Source: Candidatus Hydrogenedentota bacterium (GTDB lineage: Bacteria; UBA8481; J006). From it: a DNA stretch of 64,000 bases. Below, piece after piece: positions 36,787 to 45,975 of the stretch. The position numbers were made by a program, and so were the translations under genes. The stretch covers positions 3,152 through 67,151 of the forward strand of contig RFFU01000078.1 of NCBI GenBank assembly GCA_003697085.1, given 5' to 3'. How positions within the stretch are numbered: position 1 is the stretch's first letter; the number at the start of each line of letters is the position of its first letter. The notes beneath the pieces were generated by a model. The model was not told the origin of the DNA. It worked only from the letters and a program-made list of their open reading frames with translations, and did not search any database.

Positions 36787-37715
36787 AGCGCCGGCGATTC
36801 GTTTCTTCAGCCTTGTTGTGGTTGATGAGCGCCTTCCTGTTCACGTCGGGGGGCACCGTTCGAGCGGCGCGCCCGGGGTTGACTCCCGGTTCAGCGATTC
36901 CCCTCGGAGAGGAGACCGTGACGGGAACCGTTACACGGAATATCTACTACAAGTGGACGGCGTCCGAGAACGGTCTTTTGGAAGTACGCTTGACTCCCAC
37001 GTCGGGGGAAGCGGACTTGGCTCTGATTCATTTTTCGGGCAATCCCACGATCGAATCGCGAAGAGAAGGTCTTTCTCCCGAAGAGGTTGCAATCCGGGTG
37101 CGGAAAGGAGACGAGTACCTTATCCGTGTCAGCACTCCTTTGGGCCGACGCGGAACCTATTCTCTGCGCGTTCGACGCATCGCGGCAGAAAGGGAAATTC
37201 GCGGGTCGGCGGTTGCCGTGCCGCACACGATCTCCTCGGGGAAAACGGCGCTCGAGGCCGTGGAGCTTCCCGTAGGAAAGATTGCACCCGTGTTGGCGCG
37301 TGGAAAACGGTATTTCAAGATCGCCGTGCCCTCGGGGGTCGTTCTGGACTGCCGCATCTATCCGATCAATGCGGATTTGACGGCGGAAGCCGAAATCCGC
37401 TCCGGGGGTCTCACTCTTTCTGCTCGTTCGGCGCGGTCCGGCTTACAGGCGGAAGAGATTCTGTTGCCGCCGAGCGAAGGAGGAATGGTCTATCTCGTTG
37501 TAACCCCGCCGGCCGATTTCACGGCCTTGGCGCGTTATGGAATCGTGGCGAGATTGCGAGAACCCGGAGTCACGCCAGGAAAGAGGGCGGATATTTTCGA
37601 TGATGCGAACCGGCTTCAAGCCTTCTTTCAGAGGTTGGATGCGGGAAGCGGTGTTCCCGCGGACGTTCTTCCGGAAGGGGAAAAAGAGACTCCGAAGGTC
37701 TTGCGCCTGGAGTAA
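36783..37715 (+). CDS. Hypothetical secreted protein with two PPC-like (pre-peptidase C-terminal-like) beta-sandwich repeats
   Basis: The signal peptide is [29 protein letters not shown]. The pattern G..YYKW...NGLLEVRL....GEADLAL.......GDEYLIRVS....GTYSLRV is seen. The start overlaps the upstream stop (ATGA). Confidence 0.6.
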   Translation: MKRRRFVSSALLWLMSAFLFTSGGTVRAARPGLTPGSAIPLGEETVTGTVTRNIYYKWTASENGLLEVRLTPTSGEADLALIHFSGNPTIESRREGLSPEEVAIRVRKGDEYLIRVSTPLGRRGTYSLRVRRIAAEREIRGSAVAVPHTISSGKTALEAVELPVGKIAPVLARGKRYFKIAVPSGVVLDCRIYPINADLTAEAEIRSGGLTLSARSARSGLQAEEILLPPSEGGMVYLVVTPPADFTALARYGIVARLREPGVTPGKRADIFDDANRLQAFFQRLDAGSGVPADVLPEGEKETPKVLRLE

Positions 37716-37816
37716 AAGGGCTGTATATTTCCGCTCCGCCTCGGAACTTGTTTCTCGAGATCGTTTTTCGGATTTGCGAAAAGAGAGACACGAAGAGACA
37801 CGAGGTGAGAGTTTCA

Positions 37817-37840
37817 ATGAAAGGGCGTGTGTCGCTTTGA
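37817..37840 (+). promoter_or_regulatory. 7-codon upstream mini-ORF (MKGRVSL*) whose TGA overlaps the TTG start of rpmE
   Basis: GAGGTGAG at 37802-37809 lies 7 nt before the ATG at 37817. The stop at 37838-37840 overlaps TTG 37837-37839. Confidence 0.35.
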
Positions 37841-38049
37841 AGAAGGATATCCATCCGCGGTACGACGAGTGTGTGGTTCGCTGTGCCTGCGGGAACTCGT
37901 TCCGAACCCGTTCCACGGTTCCCGAGATCCATATCGAGATCTGCTCGGTATGCCATCCTTTTTACACGGGAACGCAGAAGATCGTGGACACCGCCGGTCG
38001 CGTGGAGCGATTCCGGAGGAAGTACGCGGATCCCTACAAGACCCGCTAG
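37837..38049 (+). CDS. rpmE: 50S ribosomal protein L31 (Zn-ribbon type)
   Basis: A TTG start gives [22 protein letters not shown]...[10 protein letters not shown]. This is the tail of track ORF 37537..38049. Confidence 0.9.
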   Translation: MKKDIHPRYDECVVRCACGNSFRTRSTVPEIHIEICSVCHPFYTGTQKIVDTAGRVERFRRKYADPYKTR

Positions 38050-38175
38050 CCCAGACGTTCTACTCTCCCAGGGGAATCTCCCGATGACTCTCTCTCTGAA
38101 GGACCCCGACTTCTTTTTTCCAGACGACACCGCGCCGGCCGAGAGGCCAGGTGGGGAAGAGGGGGAGAGTCGGCG

Positions 38176-39279
38176 GTGAAGATCGAGTCGAAACGGGAAC
38201 GGGCGGAAAAGATCCTCGAGGAGTTCGCAGAGATCGAGGAACGGATCGCGGCCGCGGCGAGTGCGGGACATTCCGAAACCCTGACGGATCTCCTTCGGAG
38301 GCGGGCCGCGATGGAACTTCCCGCGAAGGCGGCGCAGCGTTTCTTGGATCTGCTCGAAGAAGCACGCGGGGTTTCGGAAATGACGGAACAAGCCCGTCGG
38401 GACGGCGATGGCGCCCTACTCGATCTTTCCCTCGAAGAGGCGAGGCGGTTGGAGAAGGAGATCGAGAAAGCGAAAGACGCTTTCAATAAAAGCCTTCTTC
38501 CGCCCGATCCGTATGATGAAAAGAACATCCTGATGGAGATCCGCGCGGGAACAGGGGGCGAGGAAGCCGCTCTTTTCGCGGCGGATCTCTTTAAGATGTA
38601 CACCCGCTATGCCGAACGAAGCGGTTATACCTGTGAAGTCCTTTCTTCTCACGAAACGGAGATCGGTGGCTACAAGGAGATCGTCTTTTCCATATCAGGA
38701 AAAGGGGCTTATTCTCGGTTGAAGTATGAGGGCGGTGTTCATCGCGTGCAGAGGGTGCCGCGGACGGAATCTTCCGGGAGAATCCATACCTCCGCCGCCA
38801 CGGTTGCGGTGCTTCCGGAGGCGGACGAAGTGGATGTAAAGATCGATTCTTCCGAACTCCGCATCGACGTCTTTCGCTCGCAGGGTCCAGGCGGGCAAAG
38901 CGTCAATACCACGGATTCCGCGGTGAGAGTCACTCATCTTCCCACCGGACTGATTGTCACCTGTCAGGACGAAAAGAGCCAACACAAGAACAAGGCGAAG
39001 GCCCTGCGTGTTTTGCGGTCCCGACTTTTGGAGCTGCGGGAGGAAGCAGAGAGAAGGGAACGTGATTCGGCACGGCGTTCGATGGTGGGAAGCGGTGATC
39101 GTTCGGAACGGATTCGCACATACAATTTTCCGCAGGGGCGCGTGACGGATCACCGCGTGGACTTGACGCTCTATGCTCTGGAGGATGTCCTCGACGGCGA
39201 TCTCGAGAAGATCATCGATGCCTTGCGGGAGGCGGATGACCGAAAGAGACTGGAGGCGATGGAGAAGGCGGGAAATTGA
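38176..39279 (+). CDS. prfA: Peptide chain release factor 1
   Basis: It contains [22 protein letters not shown] (GGQ). The PxT-position tripeptide PRT sits in [23 protein letters not shown]. The start is GTG. Confidence 0.95.
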   Translation: MKIESKRERAEKILEEFAEIEERIAAAASAGHSETLTDLLRRRAAMELPAKAAQRFLDLLEEARGVSEMTEQARRDGDGALLDLSLEEARRLEKEIEKAKDAFNKSLLPPDPYDEKNILMEIRAGTGGEEAALFAADLFKMYTRYAERSGYTCEVLSSHETEIGGYKEIVFSISGKGAYSRLKYEGGVHRVQRVPRTESSGRIHTSAATVAVLPEADEVDVKIDSSELRIDVFRSQGPGGQSVNTTDSAVRVTHLPTGLIVTCQDEKSQHKNKAKALRVLRSRLLELREEAERRERDSARRSMVGSGDRSERIRTYNFPQGRVTDHRVDLTLYALEDVLDGDLEKIIDALREADDRKRLEAMEKAGN

Positions 39280-39361
39280 AAGAAAACAATGCGCGGGGGA
39301 GAGGAGCGCGAGTTGAACGAGAACGCGGGTTCACGGACTTGCGTGTTCTCCGGGGGAAATA

Positions 39362-40246
39362 ATGGAGCGCGGAAAGCAGGAACTGGAAGCGCCGTTCCGC
39401 ACGGTTGCGGAAGCGGTCGAGTGGGGGGCACGCCATCTTCGAGAAGGAACGCGGTGCGAGGTCCGCGGGGAGCCCGTGCCGGGGACGGAAGACCTTTTTC
39501 GGCGAGAGGCGCGCTGGCTTCTGGAAGCAGCGGCCGTTTCCGCCGGGCGCGATCCAACCTTTCTCCGCCTTCCTGAACTGACCCAACGCGTCGCGGCCGT
39601 CTTTCGTTCTTCCATCGCCCGTCGGGCGCGAGGCGAACCTTTGGCTTACGTTCTCGGCACAGCGAATTTCCGCGGTTTGGATCTGGAGGTCACACCCGAT
39701 GTCCTGATTCCGAGACCGGAAACCGAGGAACTCGTCTCAATAGCGCTGGAATTTCTCGAAAGTGTCCGCACTCCGAGAATCCTCGATCAGGGAACGGGGT
39801 GTGGGGCCATCGCGATTGCGTTGGCGGTCGAGAGGCCGGATGCGCGAATAACCGGAATCGACATTTCTCCTTCGGCGCTGGCGATTGCTGAACGCAATGC
39901 GCGGCGGCATGGCGTCACGAAACGGGTGAGATTTATCGAAGCCGACCTCTTTCCGCAAGAGGCGGAATCTTTCGATCTGATCGTGGGGAATCTTCCGTAT
40001 GTTTCGGATACGGAGGAACTTCCATCCGAGGTAGAACTTTGGGAACCGCCGGGGGCTTTGCGGGGGGGGGCGAAGGGAACAGAGATCATTTGCCGTGCCT
40101 TGGCTCGGACCGGTGAATTCCTTACAAAAAACGGAAGGTTTCTCTATGAGATCGGGGAGGGGCAGCATAAGATTTTCGGACCTCGATACAGTTATCGGCG
40201 TGACGCGGCCGGTCGCATCCGTTTTCTTTGGGGCGGATGTGGTTGA
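39362..40246 (+). CDS. prmC: Release-factor glutamine N5-methyltransferase
   Basis: It contains GTGCGAIAIALA (SAM binding) and IVGNLPYV (an NPPY-type motif). Synteny with prfA supports the call. Confidence 0.88.
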   Translation: MERGKQELEAPFRTVAEAVEWGARHLREGTRCEVRGEPVPGTEDLFRREARWLLEAAAVSAGRDPTFLRLPELTQRVAAVFRSSIARRARGEPLAYVLGTANFRGLDLEVTPDVLIPRPETEELVSIALEFLESVRTPRILDQGTGCGAIAIALAVERPDARITGIDISPSALAIAERNARRHGVTKRVRFIEADLFPQEAESFDLIVGNLPYVSDTEELPSEVELWEPPGALRGGAKGTEIICRALARTGEFLTKNGRFLYEIGEGQHKIFGPRYSYRRDAAGRIRFLWGGCG

Positions 40247-40285
40247 AGCGACACGGCGTTTATTGGAGAAGGAAGCGGAGGACGA

Positions 40286-41578
40286 ATGGACAGGATTCTT
40301 GTAAACGGTGGAAGAGTGCTGAAGGGCGAAATTCCGATCTCCGGCTCCAAGAACGCAGCGCTTCCGATTCTCGCGGCGACGATCCTTTGCCGTGGCGCGG
40401 TGACGTTGAAGAATGTTCCAATGATTCGAGACATCACCTCGATGGTGGCCGTTCTACGGACGTTGGGAGCCGAGGTGCGCGTCGAGCGGAAGGAGAACCG
40501 CGTAACCGTGAACACGGAGCGCATTGTTCGACCGGAGGCTCCCTACGAACTCGTGAAGACGATGCGCGCCTCGATTCTTGTCTTGGGCCCGCTCGTGGCC
40601 ACGCTTGGCCGCGGCCGGGTCTCCTTGCCCGGCGGTTGCGCGATCGGCACACGTCCGATCGACATCCATCTCGCGGGTCTGGAGGCCTTGGGAGCGGAGA
40701 TCACTCTTGAACACGGTTACGTGATCGCCGAATCACGCCGGCTCCGCGGCGGTTATTTCCGGCTTCCTTTTCCCAGCGTCGGCGCGACAGAAAACCTCGT
40801 GTGTGCGGCCGCGCTGGCCTCCGGAAGAACAATTCTCGAGAACGCGGCGCGCGAGCCGGAGATCGTGGATCTGGCCGATTTCATCAACGCCCAAGGGGGA
40901 GCAATCTCCGGAGCAGGAACAGAACGAATCGAAATTGAAGGTGTCGGTTCCTTGGCTCCCAGGGAATACTCTGTAATGCCGGATCGGATCGAAGCGGGAA
41001 CGTTCCTCGTGGCCGGTGCCATCACCGGAGGCAGGATCGCCGTTCGACCAATGAGGCGCGTCTGGCTCGCCTCCTTCCTCGATACCCTCGACCAGGCCGG
41101 TGTTCCCGTCGCCGTCGAGGATGCGGAAGAACGGATAACGGTTTCTCCTCCTTACCGATTTCGGCCTGTTGAGGTGCGCACGGCCGTCTTTCCGGGGTTT
41201 CCTACGGACCTTCAGGCTCAAATGATGGTCCTGTCCGTTCTAACGGAAGGCGAATCTGTCTATCATGAGACGATCTTCGAGAACAGGTTTATGCACGTGG
41301 CGGAGTTGCGGAGGATGGGAGCCCATATTGAGATCGTGGGGAAATCGGCTCACGTCCGAGGTGTACCGTTCCTTTCCGGAGCGGAGGTTATGGCTTCGGA
41401 CCTGCGTGCCTCCGCGGCCTTGGTTCTGGCCGGTTTGATCGCGCGCGGCCGAACCACGGTGACGCGCGTCTACCACATCGACCGCGGTTATGAGCGTTTC
41501 GAGGAAAAACTGGCTGCTGTCGGAGCGGATATCCTTCGTGATCGAGACGCCGCCAACGAAGCCCGGATGGGATCATGA
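40286..41578 (+). CDS. murA: UDP-N-acetylglucosamine 1-carboxyvinyltransferase
   Basis: It contains ISGSKNAALPILAA and LPGGCAIGTRPID (the active-site Cys). Confidence 0.95.
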   Translation: MDRILVNGGRVLKGEIPISGSKNAALPILAATILCRGAVTLKNVPMIRDITSMVAVLRTLGAEVRVERKENRVTVNTERIVRPEAPYELVKTMRASILVLGPLVATLGRGRVSLPGGCAIGTRPIDIHLAGLEALGAEITLEHGYVIAESRRLRGGYFRLPFPSVGATENLVCAAALASGRTILENAAREPEIVDLADFINAQGGAISGAGTERIEIEGVGSLAPREYSVMPDRIEAGTFLVAGAITGGRIAVRPMRRVWLASFLDTLDQAGVPVAVEDAEERITVSPPYRFRPVEVRTAVFPGFPTDLQAQMMVLSVLTEGESVYHETIFENRFMHVAELRRMGAHIEIVGKSAHVRGVPFLSGAEVMASDLRASAALVLAGLIARGRTTVTRVYHIDRGYERFEEKLAAVGADILRDRDAANEARMGS

Positions 41579-42960
41579 AAATCTTCAACGCCTTAACCGG
41601 AGAGAAGGAAGTATTTACTCCGCACAGACCCGGCGAGGTACGAATGTACGTCTGTGGAATGACCGTTTCCGACGACATCCATCTCGGACACGCCCGTTCC
41701 GCGGCGGCTTTCGATCTTTTCAGGCGGGTCTTCGAGTTTCACGGATGGCGGGTCCTCTACGTCCGGAATATCACCGATATCGATGACAAGATCATCGAAC
41801 GGGGGCGGAAGGAGGGACGCGATCCAGCCGAACTTGCAGAATATTATCGCCAGCGCCATGAAGAAGATCTCGAACGCCTGCGGGTTCCACGAGCCAATGT
41901 CGAACCGAAAGCCTCCGAGCATATTCCCGAAATGATCCGCTTTGCCGAGGAATTGGTGCGGGCCGGATTGGCGGTGGTCCGGGACGGTGGCGTCTATTTC
42001 AATCCGGAGAAAATCTCTTGTTACGGCTGTTTGGCCCGGCGCCGCAATCTGACACCCGAACGAACGGAAGTTCCGCTCTGGAAGCCGTCTCGAAAAGACG
42101 AGCCCGGGTGGGACTCCCCTTGGGGACGCGGGAGGCCGGGATGGCATATCGAGTGTTCAACGATGGCGCGCGTCTTTCTCGGCGACGTTTTCGATATTCA
42201 CGGCGGTGGGGAGGATTTGTTGCATCCGCACCACGATACGGAGATCGCCCAGAGTGCGGGGTTGACGGGAAAGATTCCCGCTAATTTTTTTCTTCACAAC
42301 GGCCTTGTCTATCTTCCTCAAGAAAGCCGCAAGATGTCGAAATCCCTCGGGAACGTCTTTACGCTTCGTGAAATCTTCGCACAGTTCGATCCCGCCGTCG
42401 TGAGGCATTATCTCTTTTCGCGGCACTACCGAGAACCGATGACGTTCCGGTTGGAAGATTTGGAACGTTCGCGAGTCGCTGTCGATCGGCTCGAAGGGTT
42501 CCTCCGACGTTCCGCCGCGGCCCCCCGGCCGGCGCGCCTTGTCCCGGAGGCCGGGGAACGGGTTCGGGACGTCCTCAAATCGGCCCGGGTCCGTTTTCTC
42601 GAGGCGTTGGAAGATGACCTTGATACCGTCAAGGCCTTGAATGTCGTGGAGGATGTACTGGCGGCCGGCGAGGAATATCTTGAAAGCGGCAGCGCTGAAC
42701 CGCGGGAATTGGTGCGGATCGAGGAGTTGATCGAGGAATTCGACGAACTCCTCGATCTCCGACCGGAAGGGGCGCGAACCCACTCCCCCGAAGCCGTATT
42801 GATCGAGGAAATACTCAAGATTCGCGGGGAATTGCGCCGTTCCGAAAGTGAAGAAGCCCTTTCCTTGGCTCGAAGACTCGAGGAGGTTCTCGAAAACGCC
42901 GGGATCGAGTTCAGCGATACCGCTTGGGGAACCCGCTGGAAATGGCGGCAATATGAGTAG
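41575..42960 (+). CDS. cysS: Cysteine--tRNA ligase
   Basis: It contains CGMTVSDDIHLGHARS (HIGH) and KMSKSLGN. The start overlaps the murA stop (ATGA). Confidence 0.95.
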   Translation: MKIFNALTGEKEVFTPHRPGEVRMYVCGMTVSDDIHLGHARSAAAFDLFRRVFEFHGWRVLYVRNITDIDDKIIERGRKEGRDPAELAEYYRQRHEEDLERLRVPRANVEPKASEHIPEMIRFAEELVRAGLAVVRDGGVYFNPEKISCYGCLARRRNLTPERTEVPLWKPSRKDEPGWDSPWGRGRPGWHIECSTMARVFLGDVFDIHGGGEDLLHPHHDTEIAQSAGLTGKIPANFFLHNGLVYLPQESRKMSKSLGNVFTLREIFAQFDPAVVRHYLFSRHYREPMTFRLEDLERSRVAVDRLEGFLRRSAAAPRPARLVPEAGERVRDVLKSARVRFLEALEDDLDTVKALNVVEDVLAAGEEYLESGSAEPRELVRIEELIEEFDELLDLRPEGARTHSPEAVLIEEILKIRGELRRSESEEALSLARRLEEVLENAGIEFSDTAWGTRWKWRQYE

Positions 42961-44716
42961 TGCCGCGATTGTGGGCCTTTTGGGCCTGGCCGCAATCATC
43001 CTCTTTATGACGGAACGCTTCCCGAACGAGATCGTTGCGTTGGGGCTCCTCGTGGCGCTCGCTTTGACGCGTGTTCTCGATCTCCGCGAAGCGTTCTCCG
43101 GATTTTCCCACGCCTCCGTAATCACGATCGGAGCGTTCCTCGTCCTTTCGGAAGCGCTGGTCAAGACCGGCGCCGTCTCACTTCTGGCGCGCCACCTCTT
43201 CCAAACAACCGCTCCGCGCCGCATCCTCGCCATCGTCCTGGCCGTCGTCGCCTTTTCCTCCGCTTGGATATCCAACACCGCCCTCGTGGCACTCTTTATC
43301 CCCATCCTTTACGAGGTTTCGCGCGAGAAGAACATTCCCGCCAGCCGCCTCTTTCTTCCTCTGGGGTTCGCCGCCCTGATCGGGGGAACCTTCACCGTTA
43401 TCGGCAACTCCTCGATGATCTTCGGCGCGGCGCTCTACAAGGACATTACGGGTTCCACGATTCCTTTCTTCGCGCCTCTAAGGTTCTCGCTCTTCTTCTT
43501 CCTTCTTTATGCCACGTATCTCCTCTTCTTCGCCCACGCGCGCTTGCCTTTACGGCCGGAGCCGGAGGGCATCGAGATGCCGTTGGACGTCAGAGAGTTT
43601 CTCGCGCAGGCGCGAGTTCTTCCCGGCAGTCCTTTAATCGGGCAACCCGCAACCGGTTCCTATGTTCAGGAAACCTATGATTGGGAAATCGTCGCTCTCC
43701 GGAGGGGAAACCGGGCCTATTACCGTGTCCCCCCCGAACTCACGTTGCAGGCCGGAGACCTCGTGCTATTTCGCGCGGAACCCGAGTTGGTCGCGACACT
43801 GGCCAACGTGTTGCATTTGGAAGTCGAGCCGGAAGTAACGCTTCAAAAGGAGGGGTATGCCGCGGGCGAGATGGAATTTGCGGAGGTGATGGTGGGACCG
43901 CAATACCTCAACCATCCGGTGTCCGAAACACGATTGCGGGAGAAATTCGGTGCCAGCGTCCTGGCTGTCTGGCGCCGCGGACGGCTTCGCCGCCGGCGCG
44001 TAAACGACATCCTGCTGCTCCCTGGTGACGTCTTGGTTCTTCTCGGCGGCCGCGGTGTCGTGAATCTGCTCGAAAAAAATCGTGACTTCATTCTTCGACG
44101 GGAACATATCCTTCCCATGGAACGCCTCTCGCGCCTGCCCATCGCCGTCTTGACAATGCTGGCTGTATTGGTCACCGGTGTCTGGGGAGTCATTCCGCTG
44201 CCTCTGGCCGCACTTACCGGCGCGGTTTGCGTCGTTTTGACCGGCTGCTTGACACCGCGCGAGATGCGCACCGCCGTGAACTGGAATATGCTTCTGCTCA
44301 TTGCGGGACTGATCCCCTTCTCGATTGCTTTTCGAGAATCCGGACTTGCCGATCGCCTCGCCGAAACGGTCGCCGCTTCCGCGAGCCTCTTCGGTCCCCG
44401 CATTTCCCTCGCTGTCATTCTTGTCGTTGCTTCGCTTCTGGGCCAATTTGTCCAGCCCAACGGAGCGGTTGCGATCGTTCTCCCTCTGGCCTGCTCCACC
44501 GCTCAGGCTCTCGGAGTCGATCCGATGCCCTTCGTGATGGCGGTCCTTTACGCCGCAATCTATACCTTCATCACGCCCTACAGTTACACCGTCAACATTA
44601 TGATCGCCTCCGCGGGAAATTATCGAGCCCGCGATTTCGTTCGTCACGGAATCGGTTTGCTTCTTCTCTTCTACATCCTCGGCCCCCTTTTTCTCCCTAT
44701 TCTCTTTCCATTTTAG
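42953..44716 (+). CDS. SLC13/DASS-family permease with two central TrkA-C (RCK_C) domains
   Basis: From ORF 42848..44716, trimmed to MSSAAIVGLLGLAAIILFMTERFP. Two TrkA-C-like segments are seen: ...LPGSPLIGQP...LQAGDLVLF and ...LLPGDVLVLLG. Confidence 0.85.
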   Translation: MSSAAIVGLLGLAAIILFMTERFPNEIVALGLLVALALTRVLDLREAFSGFSHASVITIGAFLVLSEALVKTGAVSLLARHLFQTTAPRRILAIVLAVVAFSSAWISNTALVALFIPILYEVSREKNIPASRLFLPLGFAALIGGTFTVIGNSSMIFGAALYKDITGSTIPFFAPLRFSLFFFLLYATYLLFFAHARLPLRPEPEGIEMPLDVREFLAQARVLPGSPLIGQPATGSYVQETYDWEIVALRRGNRAYYRVPPELTLQAGDLVLFRAEPELVATLANVLHLEVEPEVTLQKEGYAAGEMEFAEVMVGPQYLNHPVSETRLREKFGASVLAVWRRGRLRRRRVNDILLLPGDVLVLLGGRGVVNLLEKNRDFILRREHILPMERLSRLPIAVLTMLAVLVTGVWGVIPLPLAALTGAVCVVLTGCLTPREMRTAVNWNMLLLIAGLIPFSIAFRESGLADRLAETVAASASLFGPRISLAVILVVASLLGQFVQPNGAVAIVLPLACSTAQALGVDPMPFVMAVLYAAIYTFITPYSYTVNIMIASAGNYRARDFVRHGIGLLLLFYILGPLFLPILFPF

Positions 44717-44802
44717 CAATGAAAAGAACGGGGGCGTATGGCTCTTTTTCGCCCGGGAACCGGGCAGAACAAAGGAAGCGAAGACAGTTGGGTCGGGTCT
44801 CT

Positions 44803-45399
44803 TTATTTTTCCGATTTCAAATTGATTACGGGGGCGTCGAGAAGTCGTTCCATAATGGCCTCATTGATCAAATCCACATCTCGTGTCTCGATATGACTGA
44901 AGTGCAAGCCGTGTCCGAAAAGGCCGTTGCCCTTCTCCTCACTCCAAACGACCATTGCAAAAGCCGAGATCGACTCCGGAATCGTCGGAAGTTCAAACTG
45001 AATTTCCAAAAGCGTCGATATCGGATACCGACTTCCCGTCACGATGTAAAGCCCGCCGGCCGAAAGGTTTTTGATATGCCCGGTTTCTGTTAAGGGCGCC
45101 GATTCCCGATACGGTTGTTCGGGGACCCATAGCACACGATAAAACGCTGATATCTCGATCGGAATTCTACGAAAACGTCTTCGTTCGGCGCCGCGCGGCT
45201 CCTCCTTTTCGGATTCGAGCGCGGATTCTCGGTCTTGCGAGGGCAACCCGAGATATTTCTCGAGCCATTTTTCGTAATAGCGATCGAGCCACAGAACCGT
45301 TGCTTCCCGCAGGGAAAGGTTCTTCCCTTGGTTATTCTTCCGCTTCCGATACGCTTCGATCTCCTCGCGCATCTTCGGAATAATCACCGTAAAATCCAT
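44803..45399 (-). CDS. PilZ-domain protein (putative c-di-GMP receptor)
   Basis: It contains RRRFRRIPIE (RxxxR) and IKNLSAGGLYI (D/NxSxxG). I chose the start MDFTVIIPKM at 45399, 7 nt after the leuD stop; longer starts at 45423 and 45435 are possible. Confidence 0.75.
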   Translation of the reverse strand: MDFTVIIPKMREEIEAYRKRKNNQGKNLSLREATVLWLDRYYEKWLEKYLGLPSQDRESALESEKEEPRGAERRRFRRIPIEISAFYRVLWVPEQPYRESAPLTETGHIKNLSAGGLYIVTGSRYPISTLLEIQFELPTIPESISAFAMVVWSEEKGNGLFGHGLHFSHIETRDVDLINEAIMERLLDAPVINLKSEK

Positions 45400-45406
45400 C
45401 GCTTTT

Positions 45407-45946
45407 CTACCCGAGGAATCCATGTTGTCGAGCATAATTGAATATCCCGCCCGCGTCGAGTACCGGAAGCGCTTCTCCCAAGGGCATCAAGGAAACAATC
45501 GTTCCATCCTTCTCGTAGATCATCTTGTTCTCATCGAGATCGATCGTCACTTCGTCGCCCGTCTGGATCCTCGGGAGTTCTCCCGAGGGTTCCACGGGGA
45601 TGATCTCTCCCGTCGCAATGCAGTTGCGATAAAAGATCCGCGCGAAACTCCTCGCCACCACAACCGAACACCCCGCCGCTCCCAAGGCAATCGGAGCGTG
45701 CTCCCGTGAGGACCCGCAACCGAAGTTCTTTCCCGCCACGATGACGGAATACGGCGTCTTGTCCGCTCCCTCCGGAACAAAGCATTCTTCGCCCGGAAGA
45801 CCGGCCAGAGCATAGCGGCCGAGTTCTTCATATTCTTTTGGAATCGTCGGCACCAAATTGAGATACTTCGCCGGAATAATTTGGTCCGTATCGATATTGT
45901 CTCCGACCACGAAGGCCGGCCCTTTTATCCGATGCGTTCTCTTCAT
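45407..45946 (-). CDS. leuD: 3-isopropylmalate dehydratase small subunit
   Basis: Motifs seen: GDNIDTDQIIPAKYL and GKNFGCGSSREHAP. Confidence 0.9.
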   Translation of the reverse strand: MKRTHRIKGPAFVVGDNIDTDQIIPAKYLNLVPTIPKEYEELGRYALAGLPGEECFVPEGADKTPYSVIVAGKNFGCGSSREHAPIALGAAGCSVVVARSFARIFYRNCIATGEIIPVEPSGELPRIQTGDEVTIDLDENKMIYEKDGTIVSLMPLGEALPVLDAGGIFNYARQHGFLG

Positions 45947-45975
45947 CCTTCCGACTCCTTCCCGCTACAATTCCG

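Noticed and set aside
38176-39279. A programmed +1 frameshift of the kind seen in prfB
   Set aside because: The gene is RF1 (a PxT-position tripeptide, uninterrupted frame), not RF2, so no frameshift is expected or seen.
42157-43305. A 382-aa ORF on the minus strand
   Set aside because: It is antisense to the cysS 3' end and the SLC13 transporter 5' end, both of which have strong motif support.
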